Source: Podarcis tiliguerta
Lineage: Eukaryota
Assembly (NCBI GenBank): GCA_965153285.1
Contig: OZ229116.1
Reading direction: 5' to 3' (one strand)
DNA length: 64,000 bases
The translations under genes and the position numbers were made by a program. Shown here in pieces: positions 12,594 to 24,600 of this stretch; position 1 is the stretch's first letter, and every line of letters starts with the position of its first letter. The notes beneath the pieces were generated by a model. It had not been told where the DNA came from. It saw nothing but the letters and a program-made list of their open reading frames with translations, and ran no database searches.

Positions 12594-13054
12594 CAGCAGT
12601 GTAGCTAGCCGCTTGGGTGCTGGGTGCGGTGTGCGCATTCTGTAGCCGGGGGTGGGGCGAGCTGCCCCCGGGGTGGGGAGAGAAACCCATGGGGGCAGGG
12701 CACGCTGTGTGGAGCCTCTCTGCTGCCTCCCCCTCAGCTGTAGGGAGGCTGAGGGAGAGGCTGAGGGCAGGCGCAAGTCCCATGCTGCCATTTCAGGCAG
12801 TGCGGAGCCTGCAGGTGCCCAAGCCACCACGTCACTCCCAGGAGAGATGCATGGCTCAGGCACGCTGCAGGCCCCGCAGTAAGTGCCAGCCCCTGTGGTG
12901 TGGAGCCCAGTGCCAGCCGTGTTTCGTTACATTTGTTGACTGAACTAAAAACTTTCATGAGCCCAATTTTTTTTTAAACTTATATTTTTGATATTTTGTC
13001 ACCCCCCTCAGTGATGACAGCCAGGGCACCTGCACCCCCCTTTTGCCGCCACTG
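12594..13054. mobile_element. hAT-type MITE
   Basis: CAG...GCCACTG termini, 8-bp TSD gagggag(g/a); subterminal block ttttgtcacccccctca is shared in inverted orientation with the element at 19217. Confidence 0.7.
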
Positions 13055-13221
13055 GAGGGAGAAAGCTGGGGGTACATAGTGCTGGCATAGGAGGTCCCTC
13101 CTCTCAGGGAACTCTGGGAACTGTAACTCTCTGAGGGGAATGGGGGTGGGTCTTCTCACAACTCTCAGAAGCGTTAACAGAACTGCAGTTCCCAGGATTC
13201 CGGAGGGGGGAGTTGAATACG

Positions 13222-13357
13222 CAGCCCTTTTTTTTTCTAAAAAATGTTTATTGTACTCTCATTTTCCTACTCATATTGAAATACTGCCCCTCAATGATGC
13301 CCAACTTAGATTCACGAAATATTTAGGGGTATGCGTCCCCCCAGTAAAAAAGCACTG
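13222..13357. mobile_element. Short hAT-type MITE
   Basis: CAGCCCTTTTTT...AAAAAAGCACTG; related copy at about 36.47-37.04 kb split by Bov-B. Confidence 0.55.
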
Positions 13358-13495
13358 AACCTATGTAATTTGCACTTCCCCAAGCAAAACTGAAACGCAG
13401 CCATCCTATGAAGTTCAGCCTTACTTGAATGTTGCAAGGCTGTTCTCCAACCAGATAATGTACACAAACATATGTATTATGAAGTGTGTGCTGTA

Positions 13496-13744
13496 CAGTC
13501 ATACCTCTGGTTGCGTTCGCTTCATGTTGCGGATTTTCGGATTGTGAACACGGCAACCCCGGAAGTGTATACTTCCGGGTTTCGCCGTGTGGACATGCAC
13601 AGAAGTGATCTGCATGCTTCGCACATGTGCAGAAGTTCTCTATCTCGCTTCGCGCACGCGCAGTAGCGATGCTCTGCTTACGGACTTTTCAGGGTGCGAA
13701 CAGCACCCAGAAATGGATCATGTTCGTAAGTAGAGGTACCACTG
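13496..13744. mobile_element. Tc1/mariner-type MITE inserted into an older repeat
   Basis: TA|CAGTCATACCTCT...AGAGGTACCACTG|TA with internal inverted symmetry. Confidence 0.8.
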
Positions 13745-15280
13745 TATTAGTAAAAATGCTTTATCGTACTAAAAATACACCCTACAGAAATCCATTGTAT
13801 TAGGGAGAAATTGTTACCAAAAAATACATATATAAGGCCATAATGAATACAGAAATGGATGTATTAGGAGATCTGCATGTTAGAATGCTGATGAATTCTT
13901 CATGAGGATTTTTTTAAAAAAAAGAAACTTTGCAAACTGATGCCAAAATGTGAAGGACTGAAATTAAGATTGGAATAAAAGGAGACTCAGACAAACTATC
14001 ATTGGCAGATTCATCCATTCCCACTGCCAGGCTAGTGGAGCGTGGGGTTGCCACCTTATTTATGTTTAAATATCATTTATATCCACTTTCTTGGGAGTAA
14101 GTGCCATTGAACTCAAAGGAGCTTGCTTCTAAGTAGATGTGCATAGGATTGCACTGAATCCTGAGGTGAAATCGGTAACTCATCCTTACAGGTGCACATG
14201 CAAATCTTTTTCTTGTGATGCTTTCCTTTCTAATACGTCTTCAAGCTTCATTACAAAAGAAAATATCCAGAGTAGGACTTCTTTCTCGCTAGCTCATGAT
14301 ATCATGCACTCAGGATCTAAAGATGAGGTGATTCATTTCCATGCTTTTTGGCAACTCCTTGTGGCATCTTGTCAAGAAGAATGTTTGTAAGGAAATGATT
14401 AATTCTTTCCTTCATACAAGGGTTTGACAATGGGCAAGTGAGATGTCATTTTCAAATAAATATATAACATAAATAAGCCGTTGAGCTCTGTGAATCATAT
14501 TGATATTGGAAGATTGTGTTTCATTCAAATGCCTGGTGTTTTTTTGCACCAACAGCCTTCCAGCTGGATTACTGCAATTCACTCCCTCTGGAACTGGCCT
14601 TGAGGACACTCATGAGGCTTCTGGTGTTATAAAAGATGGTGGCCAGAGTGTTAATGGGCACATCCACCATACAGTGACTTTCTCCCTATAATTGGCACTT
14701 TTAAAAGTTTTTAGTTGATGATTACTGTTATGGTAAGTGTTAGCTTGGTCGCAGCTGCCCATAGGAAAACAATATATACATGGAAAAATATGAAGGCTAT
14801 GCAATCGTGTGAAAAGCCTTCAATATGGTGTGGGCTATATCCTTCAGAGTGGCATATCATACATATTCAGTTAGCTAAGTGACAATGAATTACACATGTG
14901 TTAAAATAATTAGGGATGTATAAATCCCTTATCTCATGGGAAATTGCTGTAATCTTATCAGAATTCTTTTGGCATAGCTAGATATTCCTTTGAAGCTTCA
15001 TTCCAAATTTCCTTTGGAATGTCAGGCTTAAAATTATTTGGTCTTCCTTGAAATTTCTCAGAAATTTTATCTCAGGGATCACAGATGGTTGAGCAGGGAT
15101 ATCTTTGTGTGGGGACGTGCTACCCCCATCTTGCCTTGTACCTTCAGTCATTCCTATAAAAATTGTGTGCATGTGTGTGTGTGTGTCCACAATTGTGGTA
15201 GTTATGAGCAGCTCACACCCCAGATTTATTATTTTAAGTTTTTTAAAACAAACAAACATGTTCTACAGCTGGCAAAGCCC

Positions 15281-15516
15281 NNNNNNNNNNNNNNNNNNNN
15301 NNNNNNNNNNNNNNNNNNNNNNNNNNNNNNNNNNNNNNNNNNNNNNNNNNNNNNNNNNNNNNNNNNNNNNNNNNNNNNNNNNNNNNNNNNNNNNNNNNNN
15401 NNNNNNNNNNNNNNNNNNNNNNNNNNNNNNNNNNNNNNNNNNNNNNNNNNNNNNNNNNNNNNNNNNNNNNNNNNNNNNNNNNNNNNNNNNNNNNNNNNNN
15501 NNNNNNNNNNNNNNNN
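15281..15516. other. N-run of 236 bp (longest; probable mask over conserved sequence)
   Basis: Unique flanks; length fits 132+8n. Confidence 0.5.
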
Positions 15517-16512
15517 ATTTAAATAGCCCATTGAAATATTTGGCAATGGTGGCAATTCACATAGTCAACTTTTCCTCCTACTCATAGACTTGTTGGTTCT
15601 ACTGGTATCAATTGCCCTATTACATGTTCCTCCCCTGTGTTCACATACATGTGGCGTTAGGGGCAAGGAAATTTGACCTAGTCCCATTTCTTGCTCCTGC
15701 ATTGTTCAACATGGGAGCATGGAACACACCCAAGTAGGGCTTGTGAGGAGAAAAGGAACCTTCCATTCTCAGCATGAGAAGTGGTTATAGTTGGAGTGGA
15801 TGTTGGTGATGATAACAGTTTGCTTTGCTGGTGGCTAATTTTGCTTCTTCGTCACATGGCAGTTGGACCCTTAACAACTAATACTTAACAATTAATATAC
15901 AGTCTCCTCAGAGCCCCAAATAAATATATATTCCACTATATGAACATAAATGAATTTGAGCCTGATGAGAAATTTTCAAATCCATATGCACCTTATGCAG
16001 TAAAATATCTGGGTGGGATGAATGAATCTGATGTTGCCCTTTTTTTAAAAAAATGAAGGCATTACAAAATACAGCTAAAGGGTGGGTTTTCATAGTCCTG
16101 GGGTGGTACCTGAAAGGGCAAGGCCCACACTACATACTTGCAAAATTCCTCAGGGTATATTTGTATGAAGGATAGGGCACACCTTAAATAAAATAGCTGC
16201 AGAGTTCTAGGAATAAAAGAAAAGGTCTTGGAAGAGGAGGAAAAAACCAAAAAAACCACTTCCTAACAGGTCAGGGCAAATGTGAAACATGCAGGATTTC
16301 GTACTAAGAAGCAGAACATATATGCATATAGTGTCTAGAACTGGAGCCTTTTGAAAAAATGGATGCTGATGTGACCTTTGAAATCAGTGTGCTCAAAGGT
16401 CTAGCTTACCCCCAAATTCATTTTGAATTTTACTTTATGCAAAATGTGGTAGCACCTCTATCTCATATGGTTCCATTGGCAGATATACTTGTGGCGGGTC
16501 AAGATATACTTG

Positions 16513-16875
16513 ACGTGGGTGGCGATGTGGTCTAAACCACTGAGCCTCTTGGGCTTGCTGATCGGAAGGTCGGCAGTTTGAATCCCCACAATGGAGTAAG
16601 CTCCCATTGCTCTGTCCCATCTCCTGCCAACCTAGCAGTTCGAAAGCACACCAGTGCAAGTAGATAAATAGGGGAAGGCATTTCCATGTGCTATGGCTTC
16701 TGTCACGGTGTTCCGTTGCACCAGAAGTGGTTTAGTCATGCTGACCACATGACCTGGAAAGCTGTCTGCGGACAAACGCTGGCTCCCTAGCCCTGAAAGC
16801 GAGATGAGTGCCGCAACCCCATGTTTGTCCTTGATTGGACTTAACCATCCAGGGGTCCTTTACCTTTTTAACCTT
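16513..16875 (+). mobile_element. Sauria SINE, full length
   Basis: tRNA-like head, body acctagcagttcgaaagcac, tail cctttaccttttta, TSD tatacttg. Confidence 0.92.
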
Positions 16876-17497
16876 TATACTTGTTGAAATTCCCTGGTCA
16901 AGACCAAACCTGCAACCATTCTATGCTGAACCATTCACAAGACTATTCACCATGAAAGTGCTGTAAGACAAAGTCACCTTGGAGCAGAAAATAAAGTTCT
17001 ATGAACCCTGCTCTGCTGGAGGGCAATATGAGATCAGACTTGGAAACCCTCACCTCCAAACTCAGTACAGGGACACAGGCAAAATTCAATGCTTAATAGC
17101 ATCTCTCAGCAGGATAATACGAATTTGGTTATACATGTCACTTCTGATGGAAAACCATGTATATTTTTTGAATGCATTCGCAGTCATCTTTTGTTTCTTT
17201 AAATAGAATGCATGTTGAAACCAGTCATCCAACCCACACAAACACACACACACACACACACACACAGACACACACTCATAGAGAGAAAATAGGATTTATA
17301 AGCATGGACTTTCTCTGCTGCAAATGGTCTTTTCGTTAGTCCACTGAAAAACCATTTGTCATAGGCTTTACTGTACCATGAAGTTATGATTAATATTATG
17401 GCTTGACTACAGCAGGTAGAAAGAGCACATTCATTTTCAAAGTCACGTCGCATTGATTAGAATTCACTGCAGGTTATTCAAATAACGATCCGCTGAG

Positions 17498-17645
17498 NNN
17501 NNNNNNNNNNNNNNNNNNNNNNNNNNNNNNNNNNNNNNNNNNNNNNNNNNNNNNNNNNNNNNNNNNNNNNNNNNNNNNNNNNNNNNNNNNNNNNNNNNNN
17601 NNNNNNNNNNNNNNNNNNNNNNNNNNNNNNNNNNNNNNNNNNNNN
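17498..17645. other. N-run of 148 bp (probable mask over conserved sequence)
   Basis: Flanks carry aagtcacgtcg, tgattag, ctatttaaata and cacgtg motifs. Confidence 0.5.
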
Positions 17646-18703
17646 CTTTCCTGTCTATTTAAATAAATCAAGAAATTTAGCCTTTATAAAACATCTGACA
17701 ATAGGAAATGCCAGATTTTATTATGCTTCGTAATAAGCACGTGCATTTTTAAATATCACTTGCAATTCAGAGAAAGCATTCTCTCTCTCTCTTTCCCCTA
17801 CCCCAGCCCCTTTATAAATATAGCCCCCTCCTCTGACTTCTAAGGTGAGAGTGATTCATTTGTAGTGTGGAGATAAACAAGGTATTATACCACTCTTCCA
17901 CTGTGAGAAATGAGAAATTATTCCCCACTACTGCTAAACTACCACTAACCAGTGCTTGTTGATGAGTTGGCAACCACCAACAAGGTTTTATATGTTGTTT
18001 AATTGTGCTCAGTAGAATTCTGCTTGAAAGTAAAACACTAAACAGTTAAAGCAGCTAAACGGGATTAAATCCCTCCAAAGCACTATTTGCCGGGCTCCAC
18101 ATCTGGATTTCCAAGGCATAAGGTGTGTGGCCCTCTGGTCTGCAACAAAATGCTCTGTCTTGGACTATTTTTATCTCTAGTCTTTGTTCTAATGAGTTTA
18201 GCCTGAAGGAGAGTGACAGCACAGTTGACATTTCATTGGGTTTCCATCTCTCAAGAGACAGGAAATTTTTTAGCTAATTAAATAATGTTATACCGTGTTC
18301 AAAACTACAAAGGCAACGCGAAGCCATGCTGCAGTGATCCTCCAGTTGCTCAGATCACTTGAGTATTTGTAAGGTTTTATTATGCAGAATCCACTGTCTT
18401 TGAGGTCTTGAAAGCAATGCCTCTGTTAGATAAGCGTTTGATGGCACAACCTTGACAATAATACTTCAAAACAGGCTTGTGTATTTATGAAATGAATCCA
18501 AACGGCGGGAAAGCTATGAGAAAAATACTGCCATTATCCCTCAATTTCCTCATTCCAACATAGATTCAACATAAATTGACAAAATTGCTGTTGTTGCTTG
18601 AAAATATTGGATGAGATAAGTAAGGTTTCTGCTCTTAGAAGGATGTAAAGGACTTAAGTGTAGTGATTGTTGTCAAATGTGTCTTGTAACCTATGTTGAA
18701 AAG

Positions 18704-19065
18704 TGTCAGGGACTGGCTGGATGAGGAAGAATGGTGGGAGACCCCCACCCACGAGCCCCCCCCCCCCAAGGAGGGCACAGAAGAAAACAACTTAGACCCC
18801 AGATCCTGGTGGTGGGGCACTGAAGAGCAGTCTGAGGAAGGGATGAGCTGAGAGGTTCCAGAAACAGGGGTTTGAGCGATCAAGGGGGGTCAGGAGAAAG
18901 AGGGAGCTAGTAGTCAGTTTCAGCAATGTCTCAGCAGGCTTAAGACGAACCAAAGGACTCTACTGTGTTGTTGCTTTCTGTTAATAAAAAGCTAACTGCA
19001 TTCTGTGCCTCCCATGTGTGTGCCTGCCCTGTGGTTGACCTGGCTTGCTTGTCAGCTCCTTGGCA
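18704..19065 (+). mobile_element. Solo LTR (362 bp), EEEWW family
   Basis: TGTCAGG...TGGCA, 5-bp TSD AAAAG, AATAAA at about 18983; begins VRDWLDEEEWWETP. Confidence 0.8.
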
Positions 19066-19216
19066 AAAAGTGATAAAGGCTGCAATCCTATGCACACTAA
19101 ACCTAAGTCTATTTCCAAGTAGACATACACAGGATTTTGCTGTAAGTGCGTAACAGGAGTGAGATCCCCCAATGACAGTAATGCATGTAACCCCCGATAC
19201 AAAATGGCCCCCTGTG

Positions 19217-19487
19217 CAGGGGCGGAGCAAAGTGGGTGCGGTGTGCCCTGGGTGTCACCTCTGAGGGGGGTGACAAAATGCTGTGCGGCACTCAATGTAT
19301 GTGAGAGACGGTGTGGCTTTGGCACGCAGGCTTCCCTCTGTCAAAATGGTCCACTCCACAACTTTGACTCCCACCCCCCAAAGCTCAACAACTCTGGCTC
19401 CCCCAAAAAAGCTCAAGAAGAAAAAATCATTGGGGGGGGGGGAGAAATTTTTCACACTGGGAACTACCTGACCTTGCTATGCCACTG
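19217..19487. mobile_element. hAT-type MITE
   Basis: CAGGGGCGGAGCAA...TTGCTATGCCACTG; 8-bp TSD cccctgtg / cccatgtg (right copy split by the next LTR). Confidence 0.75.
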
Positions 19488-19493
19488 CCCATG

Positions 19494-19903
19494 TGTTATG
19501 TACTGAGTTGAATAGGATCCAAACTGCAGCAGTCTGATTGGTCCTAGAACAATAGGATCCAAAAGGCAGCAGTCTGATTGGTCCTAGAACAATCGGATCC
19601 AAAAGGCAGCAGTCTGATTGGTCCTAGAACAATAGGATTCAGAATGCAGCAGTCTGATTGGTCCTAGAACAATGCAGCAGTATGATTGGTTGGCAGGAAC
19701 CACCCAATCATGCTCCAGATAGAAGTGAATCCACAACCTGATTGGCTTACAGTAGAATTCCGGAATTAGCCAATCATGTGCAGCCCGTTGTGTAAATCAT
19801 GTATATAAAGCAGATACTTTGAGGGGACTTTCATTCATTCCTCCTCACCTCTGTGAGCTGAATAAAGAGCATGAAATCACTTTGCGACTCTGAGTATATT
19901 TCA
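19494..19903 (+). mobile_element. Solo LTR (410 bp) with tandem 40-bp ATTGG (inverted CCAAT) repeats
   Basis: TG...CA, TSD CCATG, four 40-bp units at 19511-19670, TATATAAA at 19802, AATAAA at 19861. Confidence 0.9.
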
Positions 19904-20345
19904 CCATGTGTCCCCCTTTTTCCTTCATGCACAGAAAGATTAATTATACCTACTTCCCCCCTATAAGGGCTGCAAATCAGGGCTGGAGCTAAAGCTTAGT
20001 GTGGGTGGAACCAAATCCCAAAGTAGGCAGGGCCACATCACACACATATGTTCACATGTACATATCCCACTTTTTCACCTACAAAGGCATAGTGCCACAC
20101 TTCACTTGCTCTGCTCCAGATGCCCAAGGAAGAATGGATTCCCCAGCTTGCTTGCCTCTCATCCTGCCCACTAGGAAAGGTGTTCTCTTTCTCAGAAATG
20201 CAGCATGCTGTCCATGGAGGAAGAGAACGAACCTGTCCACCATCAACTGCTTGCTTGGATCCCATACTGCACACTGGGGAATGGACTCAGGGCAGAGCAT
20301 GGAAGATCTGAGTGCTCCATCGTTCTTTCCTGCTGCTGAACCAAA

Positions 20346-20538
20346 AGGGGTCATAGCTCAGTAGTAGAGCATCCACCTTAGAAGCAGAAGGTCCCAGATT
20401 CAATCCCTGGCACCTCCAGGTAGGGTTGGGAGTGACTGCTGCCTGAAATCCTGGACAGGTGCTGCCAGTCAGTGAAGACATTATTGAGCTACATGGACCA
20501 ATAGCCTGACTCTGTAGAAGGCGGCTTCCTGTGTTCCC
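20346..20538 (+). mobile_element. tRNA-derived SINE with CR1-like tail (Squam2-like)
   Basis: ggggtcatagctcagtagtagagc...gattcaatccctggcacctcca head; degenerate reverse copies near 9.6, 12.05 and 38.65 kb. Confidence 0.75.
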
Positions 20539-20612
20539 ATTTATCAGCTGAGCATCAGGAGAGGGGAGTTTGGAAGCAGAAGAGGTTTTAACATCCACCT
20601 GTCAGGCTTCGG

Positions 20613-20916
20613 CAGTGGCGTAGCATGGGTTGTCAGCACCCGGGGCAAGGCAAGTAATTTGCGCCCCCTAACCTGGGGCAAGGCAAGTAATTCCCCCCCC
20701 CCCCCGCTGCACTGTCCCTCCCCCAGATAGTCCCTCGCTCTCTCTCCACACCGCACCGCACGCCTGGCACCCTCCCCTCCACAGTGGGCGGCGACCCGGC
20801 GGCTCGGATCGGATTCGCACAGCCAGCACTGCAGTGAGAGAGAGTGCGAGCGCGCCCCCCCAGATGTTGTGCCCGGTGCGGCCGGCCCCCCCTGCACCCC
20901 CCACGCTACGCCACTG
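20613..20916. mobile_element. Young hAT MITE, copy 1
   Basis: TIR CAGTGGCGTAGC...GCTACGCCACTG, perfect 8-bp TSD GGCTTCGG. Confidence 0.93.
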
Positions 20917-21385
20917 GGCTTCGGTGAATCAGATCCCTCCCCCAGTGGCCACAAAGAAGCAGATAAAAAAAGAAGAGTTCTTACCAATTAATTTATTCAA
21001 TAATTACAACAAGAGACAAAGGAATGCGGTCTCTCTCTAAAAATGGCATTGCTCCAAGTAAAGTCTCCCTTCTTCTACATAAGTTCTGCACCGGCTAATC
21101 TGAGTCTTCTGTCGCTGAGCTCTCCATTCTACTATCCTCAATGCCTGTCTTGTCCTGGGAGAAAGGGGGTCAGGAGTGCTTTCCAAGGACACTGAGTCTG
21201 TCAAATGTCTCTCCCCTGGTGCTTCTTCTTCTTCCTGCTGTTCCTCTCCCAATATTTCCCAGCTTCTCCCCTCTGCAGCCTCTGAACTATGCCCTTCTGC
21301 AACCCACTGATCTAAATCTATACAGTCCTCCTGTTCTCAGGAAGGTTCAGGAGAAGGGAGGGTGATCCCCACCATTCCTCCTCAG

Positions 21386-21691
21386 CAGTGGCGTAGCGTG
21401 GGTTGTCAGCACCCGGGGCAAGGCAAGTAATTTGCGCCCCCCCCCTGCACTGTCCCTCCCCCAGATAGTCCCTCGCTCTCTCTCTGCACCGCACCGCACG
21501 CCTGGCACCCTCCCCTCCACAGTGGGCGGTGACCCGGCGGCTCGGATCGGATTCGCACAGCCAGCACTGCAGTGAGAGAGAGAGAGTGAGTGAGCCAGGT
21601 AGGGGCAGAGAGCTGTGAGTGTGAGCGCCCCCCCCCAGATGTTGCGTCCGGTGCGTCCGGCCCCCCCTGCACCCCCCACGCTACGCCACTG
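21386..21691. mobile_element. Young hAT MITE, copy 2
   Basis: Same TIRs and near-identical body as copy 1, perfect 8-bp TSD CTCCTCAG. Confidence 0.93.
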
Positions 21692-24600
21692 CTCCTCAGT
21701 CCAGCCCCTGACACCACCTGATAAGTTATCCCCCGCTGGTCAGCTGGTCAGAAGGCAACAGCTCAGCACATGTACATACCCCACACACACATTCAGGGGC
21801 ACAGCCCCACATTTCCAGAGCACAATATGGAACAGCCCAAAGATTTTGAGCTGAGTTTCCATCAAGTTGTATCCTATAATATTCATTTCTGTTTTATCCC
21901 ACCCTTCCTATTGCCTCCCCATCGCTACGCCGGTTCATCCTGACAACAAGTCTGTGAGGGAGATGATGCTGAGAGAGAGAGAGAGATGGCAACTGGTCCA
22001 AGGCCTCCCAGTGAACTTTGTGGCTGAGCAGGGATTTGAATTCCCTGAGCTTTGTCCTTCTATGTACTTACCTCACATTGGCATACTTTCCTGAAATAAA
22101 AAAAGGTCTTATTAATTAAGCTTTGGTTAGCTTCTTTTGAAAAGTTATGCCATTTTTCCAGCATGAGGTGGAACAATTCCACCACCACCCGCCCCCCCCC
22201 TACAAAAAGCCTTTATCAAGAAAAGACCTACGCTGCTCAGATCCTGTAGCTGCTTACCCTTCAGTCTTCTGTCGTGCGTTGCACCCAAGATATGTGATTA
22301 TCTTAGTGGCTATTACATTGATGGGTGCTATAGAATCGTGCATATATAATAATACTCTCCAGCCGCACACTCTGTCAAGTAGAAAACAATATATTTGATA
22401 TTAATTATTCAATTTCTTTATTATGGTGTCAGCATTTCTCTGATAAGCTACCATTTATATATCTTGTTTCATGACTCTTTAAGTGTCTAATGACATTATG
22501 GGCTAAAATACAATAGCTGCAAAATAATGTCTTCTAAGAAATGGTTGTGCTTTCAGTTATATTCTGAGACATAGGGCGCTGTTTGCCCGTGATTCATACC
22601 CCAGAAACCATTACAATTTGTCCTTCTAAGTTCAGAATTTATACTAATAATAAGACTTCCTATCGGCATGAGGCCTTTAGCCAAGAGCTCAGAGCAAAAT
22701 AATTCCTCATCTCAATCTCTCAGGCCATATCTACATCACAGAATTAAACTGATTTAGTAAGTCATTCCTTCCCCCCTCATGAAACATTGTCTACAGCAGA
22801 TTTGTGAAGAGTGGGCTGGGAATATCTCTAACAGAGAACTCTCAGCACCCTCACCAAACTATTAATCCCCAGGATTCTTTGGAGAAAGCCCTGCAGTTAC
22901 AGTGATATAAAACTGAAATTAAGTGTTCATTGTGGATGTGCCCTCAATCCATTAAAAACACTCTGAAGAGAGTTAAATTCAAGACTGTTCATATCCCAAA
23001 GTAGGATGAAAGCATAGATCAGCAAAATGTAATTTCAGTGGTTTCCATTGTAAGAGGGGTTAAGGAAAAGTGAACCCCCAAACAAGGCAAAGGGGGCTGA
23101 TTATTAGCAGTGGTGGTCTTCCTTGTTTTTTCTTCCCCACCATCTGCTGTTATAGCTATGGCAGCAGCAACAGGAACAGCTTAGATCTCAGCTTAGAAGC
23201 TTGGGCACAATCTTAATTCCAGGGCATTGGGAACGTGGTGGGATGTGCTTGTGCTAAGGATGGCAGCCACCAATTGACCGTCATATTTTCCAGAAACCTA
23301 CTGTTCCTTGCCATAATTTGCTAGAATGACACTTCACGTGGACCAGTCTGGGGGAAATAAAATGGCAGCCAAGCAACCCAAAGAGATTGCTATCCACTCC
23401 CAAATAGGTCCTTCCTCAGAGGGAGGCGTTCTGGGTGAGACAGCCTGTACCATCAACAGTTTTCTGTGGGGACTAGAAATGCGGTTTGAACTTAGAGCCA
23501 CCTTGCCCAGAATGGCTTGTTTTGAGGGAGGACTCCCAAAGCCCTTTCTCAGGATGAGGCAGGAGGGTGTGAAGAGGCAGTGAGAATCCACCAGCACTAC
23601 CTACACAGAAAGGAGGAAAAGGAGGAACTTGGGCAGCAGAAGAAAGAAAGGGCACCTGTTTCGGGTGACGCTGTCTCTTGCAGTGCCCCGGTTAAATATT
23701 GGGGCTGTCAGGAAAGGACTTTGGAGGAAACACCCAGGGCCCTCAAATACAGCAGAACTGCTTACCACATTTCAAAGAAACTGAAGTAATATGCATTACC
23801 ACTTGTAAAGAGGAGACCCCACAAAACCATTAAAACCATTTCCTGTTTTAAAAATTATCTTCCTTTCAGACCAAACCACACCCACCCACCGTCAAGTACA
23901 AGTCTGGTTTTGCTTACTCCTTCTGTTGTTAAATTTATAGGCTGTTGTTTCCCGCTATGAAAAACACCCACATGGTGTGTGCAAATTAAAAACAATAAAT
24001 TGAAATGAACCCAATTTTTATATATATATATATTTTGAAAAGTGTAGAAGGGCTGAACTCTCTTTCTTGTAGTGTTTTGAAGTTGCTTGGGAAGGCTGTG
24101 TGTGAAAATCCCAATAAGCCATTTTAAATAGATTCATAAATACCCAGTCAATATGGAGATGATTGGGCCCCATGCTAGGCATTGGCAGCCCACGCTCTGA
24201 CCCGTCAATCTGCTGCTGCTGCACACGACAGCAGAAACTCGTGGTCAAATATGTTTGAAGCAGAGCAGTTGCTCAGCCATTGTCTGCTTCTGAATGGACT
24301 TTTGGATCCTTTTCTGTTGGAGGCCGCAAGCTGAGACTTCGCTTGTACATTTGAATAAAGGAAAGGTTGGGAGCATACAGTGAGCTCCAGCTCCAAATCT
24401 CTGTTTTCTCTTTAACTTCAGGGAATCCAAGAGATTTTATTGGCCTTAATGAAAAACCCTCCTTAGGATCATGAGGTCGGTTGGCTTGGGGAGCTATTAT
24501 TCCTCCAAAAGGAACCTTGCTTGGCTGGCGAGTTTTCCCAAGCTCTCGTTTTATTGTGATTTCCAGTGGGGGATCTTGTTTCAAGGGATATTATCAAAGT

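Larger units (their letters stand above)
20600..21713 (-). mobile_element. Solo LTR of the EEEWW family, interrupted by two hAT MITEs
   Basis: TGTCAGG...CCTGACA, 5-bp TSD CCACC (20595-20599 / 21714-21718), AATAAA on minus strand near 20995. Confidence 0.88.

Noticed and set aside
19511-19690. Regularly spaced repeats resembling a CRISPR array
   Set aside because: Contiguous 40-bp tandem units with no unique spacers, inside a TG..CA LTR in a vertebrate genome
20346-20418. tRNA-like sequence
   Set aside because: Head of a SINE continuing into a CR1-like tail; degenerate stems
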